DNA of 64,000 nt from Octopus sinensis (GCF_006345805.1 NC_043025.1:1736001-1800000), one strand, 5' to 3'; positions 1-13,446 are shown, counted from the stretch's first letter. Notes: a model not told the origin generated them from the sequence alone. Made by a program: numbers and translations.

Positions 1-72
1 TATTTAGGAACAATTAATATTGTGTTTAAAATAGCAATCGACTTTAAGAAGACAATAAACAGAACAACTTAC

Positions 73-156
73 TTTTTGTGAATTCTTTTTAATATATTTT
101 TGAATATTTTGAGTGTCACCAAGCAAAATTTTGCTTATATTCGTATCAACTCCCAT
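73..156 (-). CDS. First coding exon of paralogue A (MGVDTNISKILLGDTQNIQKYIKKNSQK), probably an ankyrin-repeat gene continuing off the window's left edge
   Basis: Polypyrimidine/TAG acceptor (exon begins at 173), ATG at 156, 28 open codons, phase-0 donor GTAAGT at 72. Same length, phase and position as the exon at 52304-52387; 10/28 aa identical. The ankyrin call is transferred from the paralogue. Confidence 0.7.
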
Positions 157-653
157 CTTTTAAAGGAAATATGCTAGAAAAAGAAAGAAATCAAAAATTT
201 CAAAACCTTATAAAATGAGGTAAACAACAATATAAAGAAGATTGTGTTTCTCACATTTCTCATAAAATATTACAAAAATTGGAAACTTCAATTTATCTAA
301 AGTATTATTTACATCTGGATGTTCTTCCTAGCACTAATAAACCTAACAACAGTCATTGTGTTGTGTCTCTTGGTCAGCTACATTACTCTGCTTATTACAG
401 TCTGATTGGTGACAATTAAAACCTGAATATTGGAATGTACAATCTGTTGGTCATCCAGGTGGAGATACTGTTCATGTTGAGCTTGGATTTGTGGATCATA
501 CCTCAGCTAGGTGGAGACACTGTATACCTTGCGCTATAGATCATTCCTCGGAGAGGTGTCAATACAGTACTCTTTGAGCTGTGGGTTTATGGATAATACC
601 TTGTTATTCAACTCACTGATTACAGGGCGCAGGTGTGTTTGATCAGAACTTAC

Positions 654-720
654 CTGGAGCTACTCAACAACAAATTCCAAGAACTTAGAAGTGATAGAAA
701 CAGTTATAAACAACCAAATG
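654..720 (-). other. 3' end of a putative non-coding (5'UTR) exon of paralogue A
   Basis: CTCCAG|GTAAGT donor at 654/653, conserved in the paralogue at 51751. An upstream in-frame stop argues against coding. The exon start is not identifiable. Confidence 0.35.
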
Positions 721-1064
721 CTTTATCAATTTCGATATCATTTCCCATTCTGTGACCATCACTATGGTTCCATATTTTCAAAACACACACATATGCTTTT
801 CGGTTATTTCTTCATGTTAGTCACTATCAGAAAGCATCACCAAAGGATGAAGTTTGCTCAACATATCAGAAGATGAGATCAATAAAGATTTTAATTACCA
901 AGAATATTATGTTATTAAAATATATTTTATAATGAAGGATCCATCACATAGTATGAGATAATAATTTATTTATTTATTTATAGAACGGATTAAGATACAA
1001 AATACTTAATCCTTGAAGTAAGACACAAGATTTACAACAATATTAAAGCTTGAGTTGATAGAAT

Positions 1065-1260
1065 TCTTAGGCTGCCGGACAAAATGCTTAATGGCATTTC
1101 CTCCGACTTTACATTCTGGGATCAAATGCTGTCAGGCTTCACTTTGCCTTGCATAATTTTGGATGGAATAAGTACCAGTCATGTACTGGGGTCAAGGTAA
1201 TCGACTGGACCCCCTTCCTCCGAATTCCTGGCCTTGTGCCAAATCTTGAGACAAATATTA
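1065..1260 (+). mobile_element. tRNA-derived SINE fragment
   Basis: Body motif ...actttgccttgcat...aagtaccagtcatgtactggggtc...aatcgactgg..., also seen at 41710-41960 (-), 51140-51340 (-) and 53610-53790 (+). Confidence 0.7.
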
Positions 1261-2024
1261 AAGCATGAAAGACAAGGAAAGATTATTTGTTCTTCAGGTC
1301 ATCCGTCTTCTAGATCATTCTTGACATGACAGAAATATAGAAAGAACACAAGAAAGTAATAAAAAAAGATATTGATACCATAAAAGAAGAGAAATTTGGA
1401 GAAATTAATAAAAGAATCGATAGAAAATGGTTCATGTGCAATAAACCTTTCAGGATTCATCTTTGATTTGATCTCATCTACTTTGTTTCTAGTCTGAACC
1501 ACACCACCAACAAGTGACACTATAGAGTTTCATAAAATATATCTTTAAAGTTATTAATGTAAGATGGATAATTGTTTCATAAATTTCCACACATACCCAC
1601 ATATGTATATATGTGCGTATATGTATTACAGATGCGTCGTAGGCAGTTTTTAGTTCAGTGCCAAGGCGTGGCACACTGGGCAAGGGTATATAGGCACACA
1701 CACACACACGTACGTGTGTTTATACCTGACTCTGTGTGCGTGTGTGTGTGTGTATGTGTGTGTGTGTGTGTGCTTGTTTGTTTATGTTTTGTATCACTGA
1801 AACTTATCCAGCTCAGAATAATAATGTTCTTATTATCTTCCTTATTAGCAAAAGGAGCTTTGACAGAAGCGATCAATTAATTGAGCAGCAGATAAAGGTT
1901 CGTGTTTGGAAGGGATCAAACTGCAAACTATACCATAATGATGTATCCATCTAACCCCTGCTAGCAAAGCAGCATGAGAAAAAAGTGTAAAAATGAATAA
2001 CATATATAAATATTGGTACATGCT

Positions 2025-2066
<42 letters not shown>

Positions 2067-2596
2067 TATATAATATACATGCTTACATGTATATATAATA
2101 TATCTGGATATTTATATGTATATATAAGTATGTATATGTATATGTATATATATATGTATATCTATATATAGATATATATATATTAATAAATGAAATAAAA
2201 CATATGCATATATATAAACATATATGTACGTACCTACCTCTACATGTACATATACACGCGTGTGTGTACCGGAGTAAACATATAATGTGAAACAAGGTGG
2301 AAAAAAGAGTACTCAAATACCAGTGTTAGAGTAATATGCTTTATTTAAAGGCAGCAGAAAATTCAACAAAACTTGTTACTCTGAGTTTCACGTATACATG
2401 CATACTATGTATATGTATGAATATGTATGTATATTGCATATAAGATATAATAAATATAATGATATATATATATATACATATATATATAATATATATATAT
2501 ATATATTATACATATATATATATATTGGTAAAAACGGTAAGATAACAAAAGAAAGACAGAGACCTCAATATTATGTAAATAGAGGAAATTTTATCG

Positions 2597-2826
2597 TAAA
2601 ATAATATGTGACAATTATTCAATAGCCAGATAAAACTCTGAGTTTCAGATGCCGAGGTGGAAATCCACAACACCATCTCTTCGTTATCTGGCCATCTATA
2701 TTCTATGTTCTTTCTATGTTTCTGTCATTTCAGGATAACCGAAAAGATGGTGCCGTGGATTTCTCCCTCGCATCCGAAACTCAGCGTTATGTTTTGGCTA
2801 TGGATAATTGTCACATCATTTTACAG
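2597..2826. mobile_element. PLE-derived foldback mini-element (about 95-bp inverted arms) with degenerate hammerhead-like motifs; copies at about 6770-7010 and 49530-49760
   Basis: Arms taaaataatatgtgacaatt...tcttcgttatc and gataaccgaaaagatgg...aattgtcacatcatttta; each carries GAAACTCAG(A/C)GT. Confidence 0.65.
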
Positions 2827-2861
<35 letters not shown>

Positions 2862-3059
2862 ATATATATATTATTAGATATATAATATATATATGTATGT
2901 ATTTATATATATATATACATATACATATATATATATATATATATATAAGTTATCCAAACAAGAAAACACAGAAAAAAAGAGAAAAAAAGAGAAAAAACAC
3001 AGCAACGCAGGCGTGGAACATTAAAAGTATTATTGACGCTCAGGAAGAAGGGAAGGAGG

Positions 3060-3093
3060 GTTTTACGTTTCGAGCGAGCTCTTCGTCGGAAAC
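3060..3093 (-). ncRNA. Minimal hammerhead-like motif, CCGACGA (U4C) core
   Basis: - strand: GTTT CCGACGA AGAG CTCG CTC GAAA CG TA AAAC; duplicate at 7233-7267. Confidence 0.5.
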
Positions 3094-3209
3094 AAGGATA
3101 AGGAAAGATCCCAAGGAGGGAAGACAGAGGAAAAAATATTTGAGCTGGTGGTGCTCAAGAGATCACATGTATATATATGTATATGTATATACATACATAT
3201 ATCTGGCTT

Positions 3210-4040
3210 GATTCCCCCCCCCTTGCATGTCTCAGGTCTCTCTAGCGTATAGCATTGCTGTTTGTATATATCAATCGTAGAATCGTCCTTTCACCCGGCG
3301 AGAGAAACTTTTGGTTGCCAAGGTAAAGTCCGTCTGAATTTTCACTATCATATTCTTATTCTAGCAATTACACTTTCCGTACATCTTCCCCCATTGCTAA
3401 TTGGGCCCCTTAGGTAGCAAATTATTCACTAGCTCTAAAGGCTTCCGGGGGCGTGAGAAAATCGATTTCTTTGTATCTGTGGTTTTGTTTTTTGACTCCT
3501 GGGCATCTTCCACATACCAGAACTACTTTCTCTTCTAAACTTTATATTATCTTTCTGCACCTCATGTGTGTCCATTACTTACACAGGGTTCCATCGCACG
3601 CAATTCCTGTCTACATTTACGATGGAATTAGGACCCTGTCCGTGTTTATGTTTACAAGAAACTTAAATTTGAGACCCTTTGATTCCAACTAGAATTCCTT
3701 TTCTAATTCTGTTACAGAATCTTCCATGAGAGTAAGATCATCAGGGTTTAGCATTCCCAGGGGCTGTTGGTCTCAAAATCCTTTTATTAGCCTGGAGGAC
3801 ACGAGGAATAGGTGGGGACTGAGAGCCTAACCCTGATGAACGCCTACCAGAATACTAAATTCATAACTATACTCATTGTTAACTCTCATCTTACTGACAG
3901 AAACTCTACACATGGCCTGTGCAGCTTTCACACAAGTCACTCGTCTACTCCTCGCTTTCTCAAAGCCCACCATATCACACAGTGGGGTTATTTTAATAAA
4001 GAAATTTCTTTACCTAAGTTCGAACATCCTTCGAAGTAGC
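3210..4040 (-). mobile_element. RTE-clade LINE 3' fragment (RT, decayed); copies at about 7410-8220 (-) and 48545-49370 (+)
   Basis: Translates to WWALRKRGVDE*LVKAAQAM...EFSILVGVHQG*ALSP.LF (RT motif region) in the + copy. Confidence 0.75.
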
Positions 4041-4640
4041 CACCATGTTCAGCAATGCATCCGTCTCAGTGTCCCTGTCACTTTTGGAATCCGGGTTGCG
4101 TGTCGTTTTCCGTAAACGAGTCGAGGATCTTCTGCGATTCGCTTTTCATTTCGACAACGGTGTTTAAACGGCGACCTTTGAACAATATTTACATCTTGCG
4201 GAAGAGATGGAAGTCAGCATGTGCTAAATCTGGCGAATAGGTCGAGATTGGAAGCGATACCATGTTGCTTTTGGCAAGAAAATCACGAATGAGGAGAACT
4301 CGGCGATAGAGGGCGTTGTCATCCTGAAGAATCCACTTCTTCGCGCTCCACAGATCCGGACGCTTTCGCCGAATGTCTTCTTTCAAAAACTCTCTAAAAC
4401 GTCGCAGTAGAATTTTCGACTGACAGTCTGGCCCCGGGGCACGAATTCTTGATGCCCAATACTACATTTCCGAGGGTGATGCTTGTGCCAGGCCTTCCAG
4501 ATCGCTCATCGTCTTCAAGATTGCTCATCGTCTTCTAGGGAAGTTCTTCCGCTTTTAAACATTGCGTACGACCTGTTGCCTCGTCACCGTAAGCTTGCCG
4601 AAGCATTTTCAATGTATCCGTAGCGGACTTCCAAAAGACC
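4040..4640 (-). mobile_element. Mariner transposase relic; copy at about 8220-8820
   Basis: IRRKRPDLWSAKKWIL.DDNA...YSPDLAHADFHLF and KSAT..KMLRQAYGDEA are mariner motifs (YSPDLAP). Confidence 0.85.
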
Positions 4641-5476
4641 AGGAGTAATGCACGCGCAGAGTCAGAGTCGGTGCGTGACCTGGGAATCCACATGAGGAAT
4701 GATGCAACATTCCATGTGCATATCGCCAAGATGGTAACATTGAGCTAGTGAGGAGCTAGATGGCTTCTGAGAGTATTCAGAGTCAAAGAAAAGGATGCCA
4801 TACTGCACTATGACGAACTTTTGTTTTCGGTCACCGTAGAGATCCAAACAATATCGAACAGACATACACAATGTATGCGCCATTCTTCTTCTTCGCTGCT
4901 AGGCTGTCATACGACGCGCTGAAGACATCTTTCTCAAACTGTCGGGTTTGAAACTCTTGAAAGTCAGAGTCAGGCGAGACAACTCACCCTAAATCCCACA
5001 CAGAAGCCAGATCATCGAGGTCTCGCACTTTTGTGATTTATCCACATCCCGTACGTGAACCGAATTGGAGGCGAAATGAGTCGCCAGTCTATGACTATAT
5101 GCAATAGTACAAAAAACCATTTGCTGGTATACCACGACAATGGTTAGTAAGAATAAATTCAAATATGGATTGTGAAGCAGCGATATGGAACACGCGTAGT
5201 CAATATATGTTCTTAGCTTTGTCGACGATATGTGGTGTATGTTTCTGTGTGTGTGAGTGCGTGTACGTGTGTGTGCGCATGTGTCTGTGTATAAGCTATG
5301 TTTCTGAATGATATGTATGTACACACAACCACACCAACACACAAGAAGACGTATAGTGTATATACGCGTGTAACATTCGTGACTTCATCCATATGCCAGC
5401 TAGGGTATGCATGTCTTTATGTTCCGTAATAAAAGTGACAGTAATATGTACACAAATACCCCCCCCCCACACACAC

Positions 5477-5514
<38 letters not shown>

Positions 5515-5659
5515 TTAATATATATATAATACATATATATGTATATTTATATCTATAATTATGATATCTATATATATATATATATATAACTATATATATA
5601 TATATAATATATGTTGTGTGTGGTGTGTGTATGTATATATATACATATTTATACATATA

Positions 5660-6240
5660 TATTGTGGAGGGTAGCGGATGCGTGGTCGTGGGATCTCGGG
5701 CTTCGATTCACCGGACGTTGTGAGTGTTTATTGAGCGAAAACACCTAAATCTCAACGAGGCTCCGACAGGGGGTGGTAGCGAACCCTGCTGTACTCTTTC
5801 TCTCATCTCTCACAACATCTCTCTCACTCTTTCTTCCTATTTCTGTTGTACCTGTATTTCAAAGGGCCAGCCTTTTCACACACTCTGTGTCATGCCGCTC
5901 CCCGATACGTGTCTCGTGGAGTGCTCAGCCACTTGCACACGTTATTTCACGAGCAGGCTGTTTGTCGATCGGATCAACTGGAAAAACTCGTCGTCGTATC
6001 CGACGGAGTGCCACAACGACCACACACACACACACACATATCGTGTGTGTGTGTGCGTTTTCCCCCCCACCCCCGCACCATCGTTTTGACAACCGATGTG
6101 TGTTTGCCTCCCCGTAATAATCGATATGATAAATACTAGGCTTACAAAGATAAGTCCTGGGGTCGATTTGCTCGACTAAAGTGGTGCCCCAGCATGACCG
6201 CAGCCAAGTGACTAAAGAAAGTAAAAGAGTTACGGAGCAA
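5660..6240 (+). mobile_element. Two adjacent tRNA-derived SINEs; duplicated at 9830-10400
   Basis: Degenerate B-box cttcgattc, body gtgtttattgagcgaaaacacctaaa, second SINE tail gtcctggggtcgatttgctcgactaaaggtggtgccccagcatg. Confidence 0.75.
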
Positions 6241-6254
6241 CATATATATATATA

Positions 6255-6635
6255 TATACATGCTTACATGTATTATATATATCTGGATATTTATATGTAT
6301 ATATAAGTATGTATATGTATATGTATATATATATGTATATCTATATATATATTAATATATTAATAAATGAAATAAAACATATGCATATATATAAACATAT
6401 ATGTACGTACCTACCTCTACATGTACATATACACGCGTGTGTGTGTACCGGAGTAAACATATAAATGTGAAACAAGGTGGAAAAAAGAGTACTCAATACC
6501 AGTGTTAGAGTAATATGCTTTATTTAAAGCAGCAGAAAATTCAACAAACTTGTTACTCTGAGTTTCACGTATACATGCATACATATGTATATGTATGAAT
6601 GTATGTAATGCATATATAGATATAATAAATATATG

Positions 6636-6699
<64 letters not shown>

Positions 6700-7003
6700 T
6701 GGTAAAAACGGTAAGATAACAAAAGAAAGAAAGAGACCTCAATATTATGTAAATAGAGGAAATTTATCTGTAAAATAATATGTGACAATTATTCAATAGC
6801 CAAGATAAAACTCTGAGTTTCAGATGCCGAGGTGGAAATCCACAACACCATCTCTTCGGTTATCTGGCCATCTATATTCTATGTTCTTTCTATGTTTCTG
6901 TCATTTCAGATAACCGAAAAGATGGTGCCGTGGATTTCTCCTCTCGCATCCGAAACTCAGCGTTATGTTTTGGCTATTGGATAATTGTCACATCATTTTA
7001 CAG

Positions 7004-7057
<54 letters not shown>

Positions 7058-10000
7058 ATATATATGTATGTATTTATATATATATATACATATACATATA
7101 TATATATATATATATAAAGTTAATCCAAACAGAAAACACAGAAAAAAAGAGAAAAAAAAGAGAAAAAACACAGCAACGCAGGACGTGGAACAATTAAAGT
7201 ATTATTGACGCTCAGGAAAGAAGGGAAGGAGGGTTTTACGTTTCGAGCGGAGCTCTTCGTCGGAAACAAGGAGAAGGAAAGATCCCAAGGAGGGAAGACA
7301 GAGGAAAAAATATTTGAGCTGGTGGTGCTCAAGAGATCACATGTATATATATGTATATGTATATACATACATATATACTGGCTTGATTCCCCCCACCTTT
7401 GCATGTCTCAGGTCTCTCTAGCGTATAGCATTGCTGTTTGTATATATACATCGTAGAATCGTCCTTTCACCCGGCGAGAGAAACTTTTGGTTGCCAAGAG
7501 GTAAAGTCCGTCTGAATTTTCACTATCATATTCTTATTCTAGCAATTACACTTTCCGTACATCTTCCCCCATTGCTAATTGGGCCCCTTAGGTAGCAGAA
7601 ATTATTCACTAGCTCTAAAGGGCTTCCGGGGGCGTATGAGAAAATCGATTTCTTGAGTATCTGTGGTTTTTATGACTCCTGGGCATCTTCCACATACCAG
7701 AACTACTTTCTCTTCTAAACTTTATATTATCTTTCTGCACCTCATGTGTGTCCATTACTTACACAGGGTTCATCGCACGCAATTCCTGTCTACATTACGA
7801 TGGAATTAGGACCCTGTCCGTGTTTATGTTTACAAGAAACTTAAATTTGAGACCCTTTGATTCCAACTAGAATTCCTTTTCTAATTCTGTTACAGAATCT
7901 TCCATGAGAGTAAGATCATCAGGGTTTAGCAGTTCCCAGGGGCTGTTGGTCTCAAATTCCTTTTATAGCCTGGAGGACAACGAGGAATAGGTGGGGACTG
8001 AGAGCCTAACCCTGATGAACGCCTACCAGAATACTAAATTCATAACTATACTCATTGTTAACTCTCAGCTTACTGACAGAAACTCTACACATGGCCTGTG
8101 CAGCTTTCACAAGTCACTCGTCTACTCCTCGCTTTCTCAAAGCCCACCATATCACACAGTGGAGTAGTTATGTTTAATAAAAGATAATTTCTTTACCTAA
8201 GTTCGAACATCCTTCGAAGTAGCCACCATGTTCAGCAATGCATCCGTCTCAGTGTCCCTGTCACTTTTGGAATCCGGGTTGCGTGTCGTTTTCCGTAAAC
8301 GAGTCGAGGATCTTCTGCGATTCGCTTTTCATTTCGACAACGGTGTTTAAACGGCGACCTTTGAACAATATTTACATCTTGCGGAAGAGATGGAAGTCAG
8401 CATGTGCTAAATCTGGCGAATAGGTCGAGAGTGGAAGCGATACCATGTTGCTTTTGGCAAGAACATCACGAGTGAGGAGAACTCGGCGATAGAGGGCGTT
8501 GTCATCGTGAAGAATCCACTTCTTCGCGCGCCACAGATCCGGAGGCTTTCGCCGAATGTCTTCTTTCAAAAACTCTTCAAAAGATTGTAGTAGAATTCTC
8601 GACTGACAGTCTGGCCCCGGGGCACGAATTCTTGATGCCCAATACTACATTTCCGAGGGTGATGCTTGTGCCAGGCCTTCCAGATCGCTCATCGTCTTCA
8701 AGATTGCTCATCGTCTTCTAGGGAAGTTCTTCCGCTTTAGAACGTTGCGTACGACCTGTTGCCTCGTCACCGTAAGCTTGCCGAAGCATTTTCTCCGTAG
8801 CAGACTTCCAAAAGACCAGGAGTAGTGCACGCGCAGAGTCAGAGTCGGTGCGTGACCTGAGAATCCACATGAGGAATGATGCAACATTCCATGTGCATAT
8901 CGCCAAGATGGTAACATTGAGCTAGTGAGGAGCTAGATGGATTCTGAGAGTATTCAGAGTCAAAGAAAAGGATGCCATACTGCAACTATGAAGAACTTTT
9001 GTTTTCGGTCACCGTAGATGATCAAACAATATCGAACACACATACACAATGTATGCGCCATGCTTCTTCGCTGCTAGGCTGTCATACGACGCGCTGAAGA
9101 CATCTTTCTCAAAGTGTCGGGTGTTGAAACTCTTGAAAGTCAGAGTCAGGCGAGACAACTCACCCTAAATCCCACACAGGAGCCAGGATCATCGAGGTCT
9201 CGCCACTTTTGTGATTTATCCACATCCCGTACGTGAACCGAATTGGAGGCGAAATGAGTCGCCAGTCTATGACTATATGCAAATAATACAAAAACCATTT
9301 GCTGGTGTACCACGACGATGGTTAAGTAAGAATAAATTCAAATATGGAGGTAAAGCAGCGATATGGAACACGCGTAGTCAATATATGTTCTTAGCTTGTT
9401 CGACGATATATGTGTGTATGTTTCTCTGTTTGTGAGTGTGTGTACGTGTATAAAGCTATGTTTATGGATGATATGTATGTACACACACACACACACCACA
9501 CACACACAGAGACGTATAGTGTATATACGCGAGTATACATTCGTGACTTCATTCATATGCCAGCTACGGTATGCATGTCTTTATGTTCCGTAATAAAAGT
9601 GACAATAATATGTACACAAATACCCCCCCCCCACACACACATATATATATATTATATATATATATATATATAATAAATATATATATTATATATATACATA
9701 TATATGTATATATATATCTATATATATATATATCTATATATATATATATATATATATATCTATATATATATATAATATATGTGTGTGTGTGTGTGTGTAT
9801 GTATATATATACATATTTATACATATATATTACGTGGAGGGTAGCGGACGCGTGGTCGTGGGATCTTGGCTTCGATTCTCCGACCGGACATTGTGAGTGT
9901 TTATTGAGCGAAAACACCTAAAGCCTAACGAGGCTCCGACAGGGGGTGGTAGTGGACCCTGCTGTACTCTTTCTCTCACAACATTCTCTCACTCTTTGTT

Positions 10001-10410
10001 CCTATTTCTGTTGTACCTGTATTTCAAAGGGCCAGCCTTTTCACACTCTGTGTCATGCCTCCCCGATACGTGTCTGTGGAGTGCTCAGCCACTTGCACAC
10101 GTTAATTTCACGAGCAGGCTGTTTCGTCGATCGGATCAACTGGAAAACTCGTCGTCGTATCCGACGGAGTGCCACAACGACACACACACACACACACACA
10201 TATCGTGTGTGTGTGCGTGTGCCCCCCACCCCCGCACCATCGTTTGACAACCGATGTGTGTTTGCCTCCCCGTAATAATCGATATGATAAATACTAGGCT
10301 TACAAAGAATAAGTCCTGGGGTCGATTTGCTCGACTAAAGGTGGTGCCCCAGCATGACCGCAGCCAAGTGACTAAAGAAAGTAAAAGAGTTAAGGAGCAA
10401 TATATATATA
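6255..10410. repeat. Tandem duplication unit 2 (about 4.2 kb)
   Basis: Colinear with 2075-6250; differences are mostly scattered 1-2 bp indels. Confidence 0.93.
6798..6869 (-). ncRNA. Hammerhead-like motif, CCGAAGA (U4C) core
   Basis: - strand: GGCCAGATAA CCGAAGA GATG...CATC T GAAA CTCAGAG TT TTATCTTGGCT; long stem I, one extra nucleotide before G12. Confidence 0.45.
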
Positions 10411-11400
10411 TACATGTATCATAGGATAACGAAACCATTTCCAGTTCCACATTGAAATTGTAACAAAAAGCTAGATTTCAGACAAGGAAATGTTTACCTT
10501 ACCTTAAAAAAAAGGATCTTTCCAGTTGTGAAGATTTGTTGTAGCCGTGAGTTTGCTCTCTCCTGCGGGAATGGATAAACTGTGCCAGTCGCTTACCTTT
10601 ATATCTGTCTGACAAGGTAAGTAAACCTATCAAATTACGACGCCCAGCGTATGTCACATGCATAAATGTTTGTATATATCTTTATACATGTGAGTGTGAG
10701 TGCGTGTGTGTGTGTATAGAAATAGATAGATAGAAAGAGAGAGAGAGGGGCAATCTTTTTAATTTAAGTATGTCACGAATATTTGTTGAGGGTGTTGAAT
10801 CCAACATGAACATTTTATGCAAGTTTTTTATGTGAATGCTTATCCAAGTGTACCACAAACAACAATAAAAAACCTTTGTTAGCTGTTTTACTAATCGGAC
10901 ATAGTTATTTGTGATTTTGGAATTTCCAATTATACGCACTCAACACCCATTTATACACAGAATTTTTTCTTTCTAACAAAGCAAACAAAGCTAGTTGTGT
11001 ATAGCTTTCACTTTTTACTGCTTTCGATCAGTAGACTGTGGCCATGCTGGAACCTTGTTGAATTTCAAGTCGTACGTATTGGACACAATTGAAGCTGTAG
11101 TTGGGGGACAAACATCGACACAAATATACACAAACCGACGCACATACATCGGATGGGCTTCTTTCAGTTTTAACCTTCCACATCCAATCAGAATGCCCTG
11201 GCTGGCATGAGGATTTAGTTGAAGGCAGTTACCCTAGGTTCCACTCAGGGACACATATGTATCATAGGTAACGTTGATTCCTACGTAAACCTGGATGTTC
11301 CATTAACATAAACTTTACAGCTGTAGATAACATGAGAGGAACGCATATAGAGGCTTTTAGTACCGAATGCACGATTGCTTCTATATGTATATAATAGCAT

Positions 11401-11430
<30 letters not shown>

Positions 11431-11437
<7 letters not shown>

Positions 11438-12077
11438 GGTATGTGGTAAGGCAATTCGTTGCTAAACCCTTTATTGCTTAGTATTACTTAAATTCTCCTC
11501 GAATGAGGCTTTTACATGCCGAAGACTACTTGGTGTAATTGATAATTATTCCAAATTAATTAATTTCACCCTTCATTATTACGGATAACCATATTTTATC
11601 TCAGTAGATGACCACAGCATCTTGTTTCGGCTACACGCGGGTGGGAAGGGGCTGGTGACACAATCTTTTCATTCACGCATTGAATTTGGTGATACTAGTT
11701 GCGGATTCTAGCTCGCTCTGATACTGAGTTGAGTTGGTGCCTTCTAGTATCTCAAAATTCAATATATAATCATTTATGATTATAGTATTCTACGCTGAAG
11801 AGAAAAGAAGTTTTGGTAAGATAGAATTATTTAATATTTAATTCTTATCCTTTCCTAAAAACTTGATTTCGAAACGTACGTCCGTAGATAACTTAAAATT
11901 GTATGATAGATTGCCGTCAATTCATTCTCTCTTACCTGTTTGTGTCTGCCTTCCAATTGCTGTTTTTACTGAGATTCCCCTTTTTAGTAGAAGAAATAGC
12001 TATAACTCTTTGACTGCTATTTCTATATTCGGTATGTGGTAAGGCAATTCGTTGCTAAACCCTTTATTGCTTAGTAT

Positions 12078-12081
<4 letters not shown>
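11431..12081 (+). mobile_element. Non-coding PLE-like unit bounded by identical 58-bp direct repeats (11431-11488, 12024-12081), containing a hammerhead
   Basis: Repeat tatattcggtatgtggtaaggcaattcgttgctaaaccctttattgcttagtattact at both ends. Confidence 0.6.
11789..11888 (+). ncRNA. Type-I hammerhead ribozyme, canonical core
   Basis: TCTACG CTGAAGA GAAA..(long stem II)..TTTC GAAA CGTACG TC CGTAGA: 6-bp stem I, G10.1-C11.1, palindromic stem III ACGTACGT, GUC cleavage triplet. Confidence 0.85.
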
Positions 12082-12114
<33 letters not shown>

Positions 12115-12126
<12 letters not shown>

Positions 12127-12540
12127 TGAGAATGTCTGTCGGTCTGTCTGTCTATGTGAATCCCTAAAACTTGAGAACTACACAACCAATTTAATTCACA
12201 TTTTACACACGCCTTACTTAGGGTCCATGAAGTGTCATGGGCAAATTTTTAACTTCTTGCCTAGGGTGAGCCCACAGCAATATCACATCTTCTCTACTAT
12301 TTCAGTATAACGTGACAAAAGTGAAAGAAAAACGTCTCTCTATTGTAATGTGAGATACTTTCACTTTAATACTGAAACTATTAAAGTCAAACTATTATAC
12401 AACAGAGATGAACTCTAAATGGGCATCCATTCTGCTAGAAGATCTGCTATGGTCTTATATGCCACACCACTGGTTTTAAATGCATACTAATCAAATTAAT
12501 ATTCAATTTTTTACCCTTATTTTAAATTTAAATTTACCTG
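12115..12540 (+). mobile_element. Helitron-like non-autonomous element, 5' part; same family as 29075-29882
   Basis: Starts tatataaaactgagaatgtctgtc(tgtc)n...ccctaaaacttgagaactacacaaccaattt, shared with 29075. Confidence 0.5.
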
Positions 12541-12661
12541 TATATATATATATATATACATATAGATGTATATAGAGAAATGAATTATAATATCAATAAT
12601 TAATTAATTAATTAATTAATTTTACACTCAAAAATTAATTAAATATAGATGTATATATATA

Positions 12662-12710
<49 letters not shown>

Positions 12711-12946
12711 TGTATATATATGTATGTATATACATATATATACATGTATATATACATGTAAAAGTGTACATATATATACATGTATGTATAGATGTATAAG
12801 TATACATGTATATGTATACATGTATGTGTAGATGTATATATATATATATATATATATAACATGTACATATATATATATACACACATATATACATGCATAC
12901 ATATATACACCCATAAACACATACACACGCACATACACATATATAG

Positions 12947-13300
12947 GTGCAGGTGTTGCTGTTTGGTAACAAACTTGGTTCCAAAACACATGGTCCTGAG
13001 TTGATTCCCACTGTGTGGTAACTTGGCATGTGTCTTCTGCTATAGTTTCAGGCCAACCAAAGCCTTGTCAGTGGATTTTGTAGATAGAAACTGAAAGAAA
13101 TCAATTGTATATATAGGTATGTATATATGTATGTCTATGTGTGTGCCTTTGTGTTTCTCTCACATCACTGCTTCACAACTGGTGTTCGTTTATTTACATC
13201 ACCATAACTTACTGTTTTCACAAGAAGAAAGTGATAGAATAAGTACCAGGCTTATGAAAATAAAAAAAACACTAGGTTGTGTCTCATATTTTTGTTTGCC
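12947..13300 (+). mobile_element. tRNA-derived SINE
   Basis: Head gctgtttggtaacaaact...gagttgattcccactg; body ccaaagccttgtcagtggatttt...aaactgaaagaa. Confidence 0.7.
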
Positions 13301-13348
13301 TACTCAGTTGTATCTATCAATTTATCTTTGTATGTGTTTGTGTATCTA

Positions 13349-13391
<43 letters not shown>

Positions 13392-13412
13392 ATATATATA
13401 TATATATATATG

Positions 13413-13446
<34 letters not shown>

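Larger units (their letters stand above)
1..5230. repeat. Left arm of a large inverted segmental duplication (partner about 45730-52440)
   Basis: Reverse-complement matches throughout, e.g. 311-420 vs 52031-52140 (109/110 identical by eye). Shared SINE, PLE hairpin, RTE and mariner insertions occur in mirrored order. Confidence 0.92.
2075..6250. repeat. Tandem duplication unit 1 (about 4.2 kb)
   Basis: Colinear with 6255-10410 along its whole length; both units end in ...gtaaaagagtta(c/a)ggagcaa. Confidence 0.93.

Noticed and set aside
691-1520. ORFs 691-876 and 1299-1520, conserved with 51529-51714 and 50876-51097
   Set aside because: Conservation is explained by the near-identical inverted duplication; no domain, no splice support, and the strand is inconsistent between the two ORFs
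11495-11535. Second hammerhead in the 11431-12081 unit (CGAATGA GGC..GCC GAAG)
   Set aside because: Multiple core mismatches and no stem I or stem III
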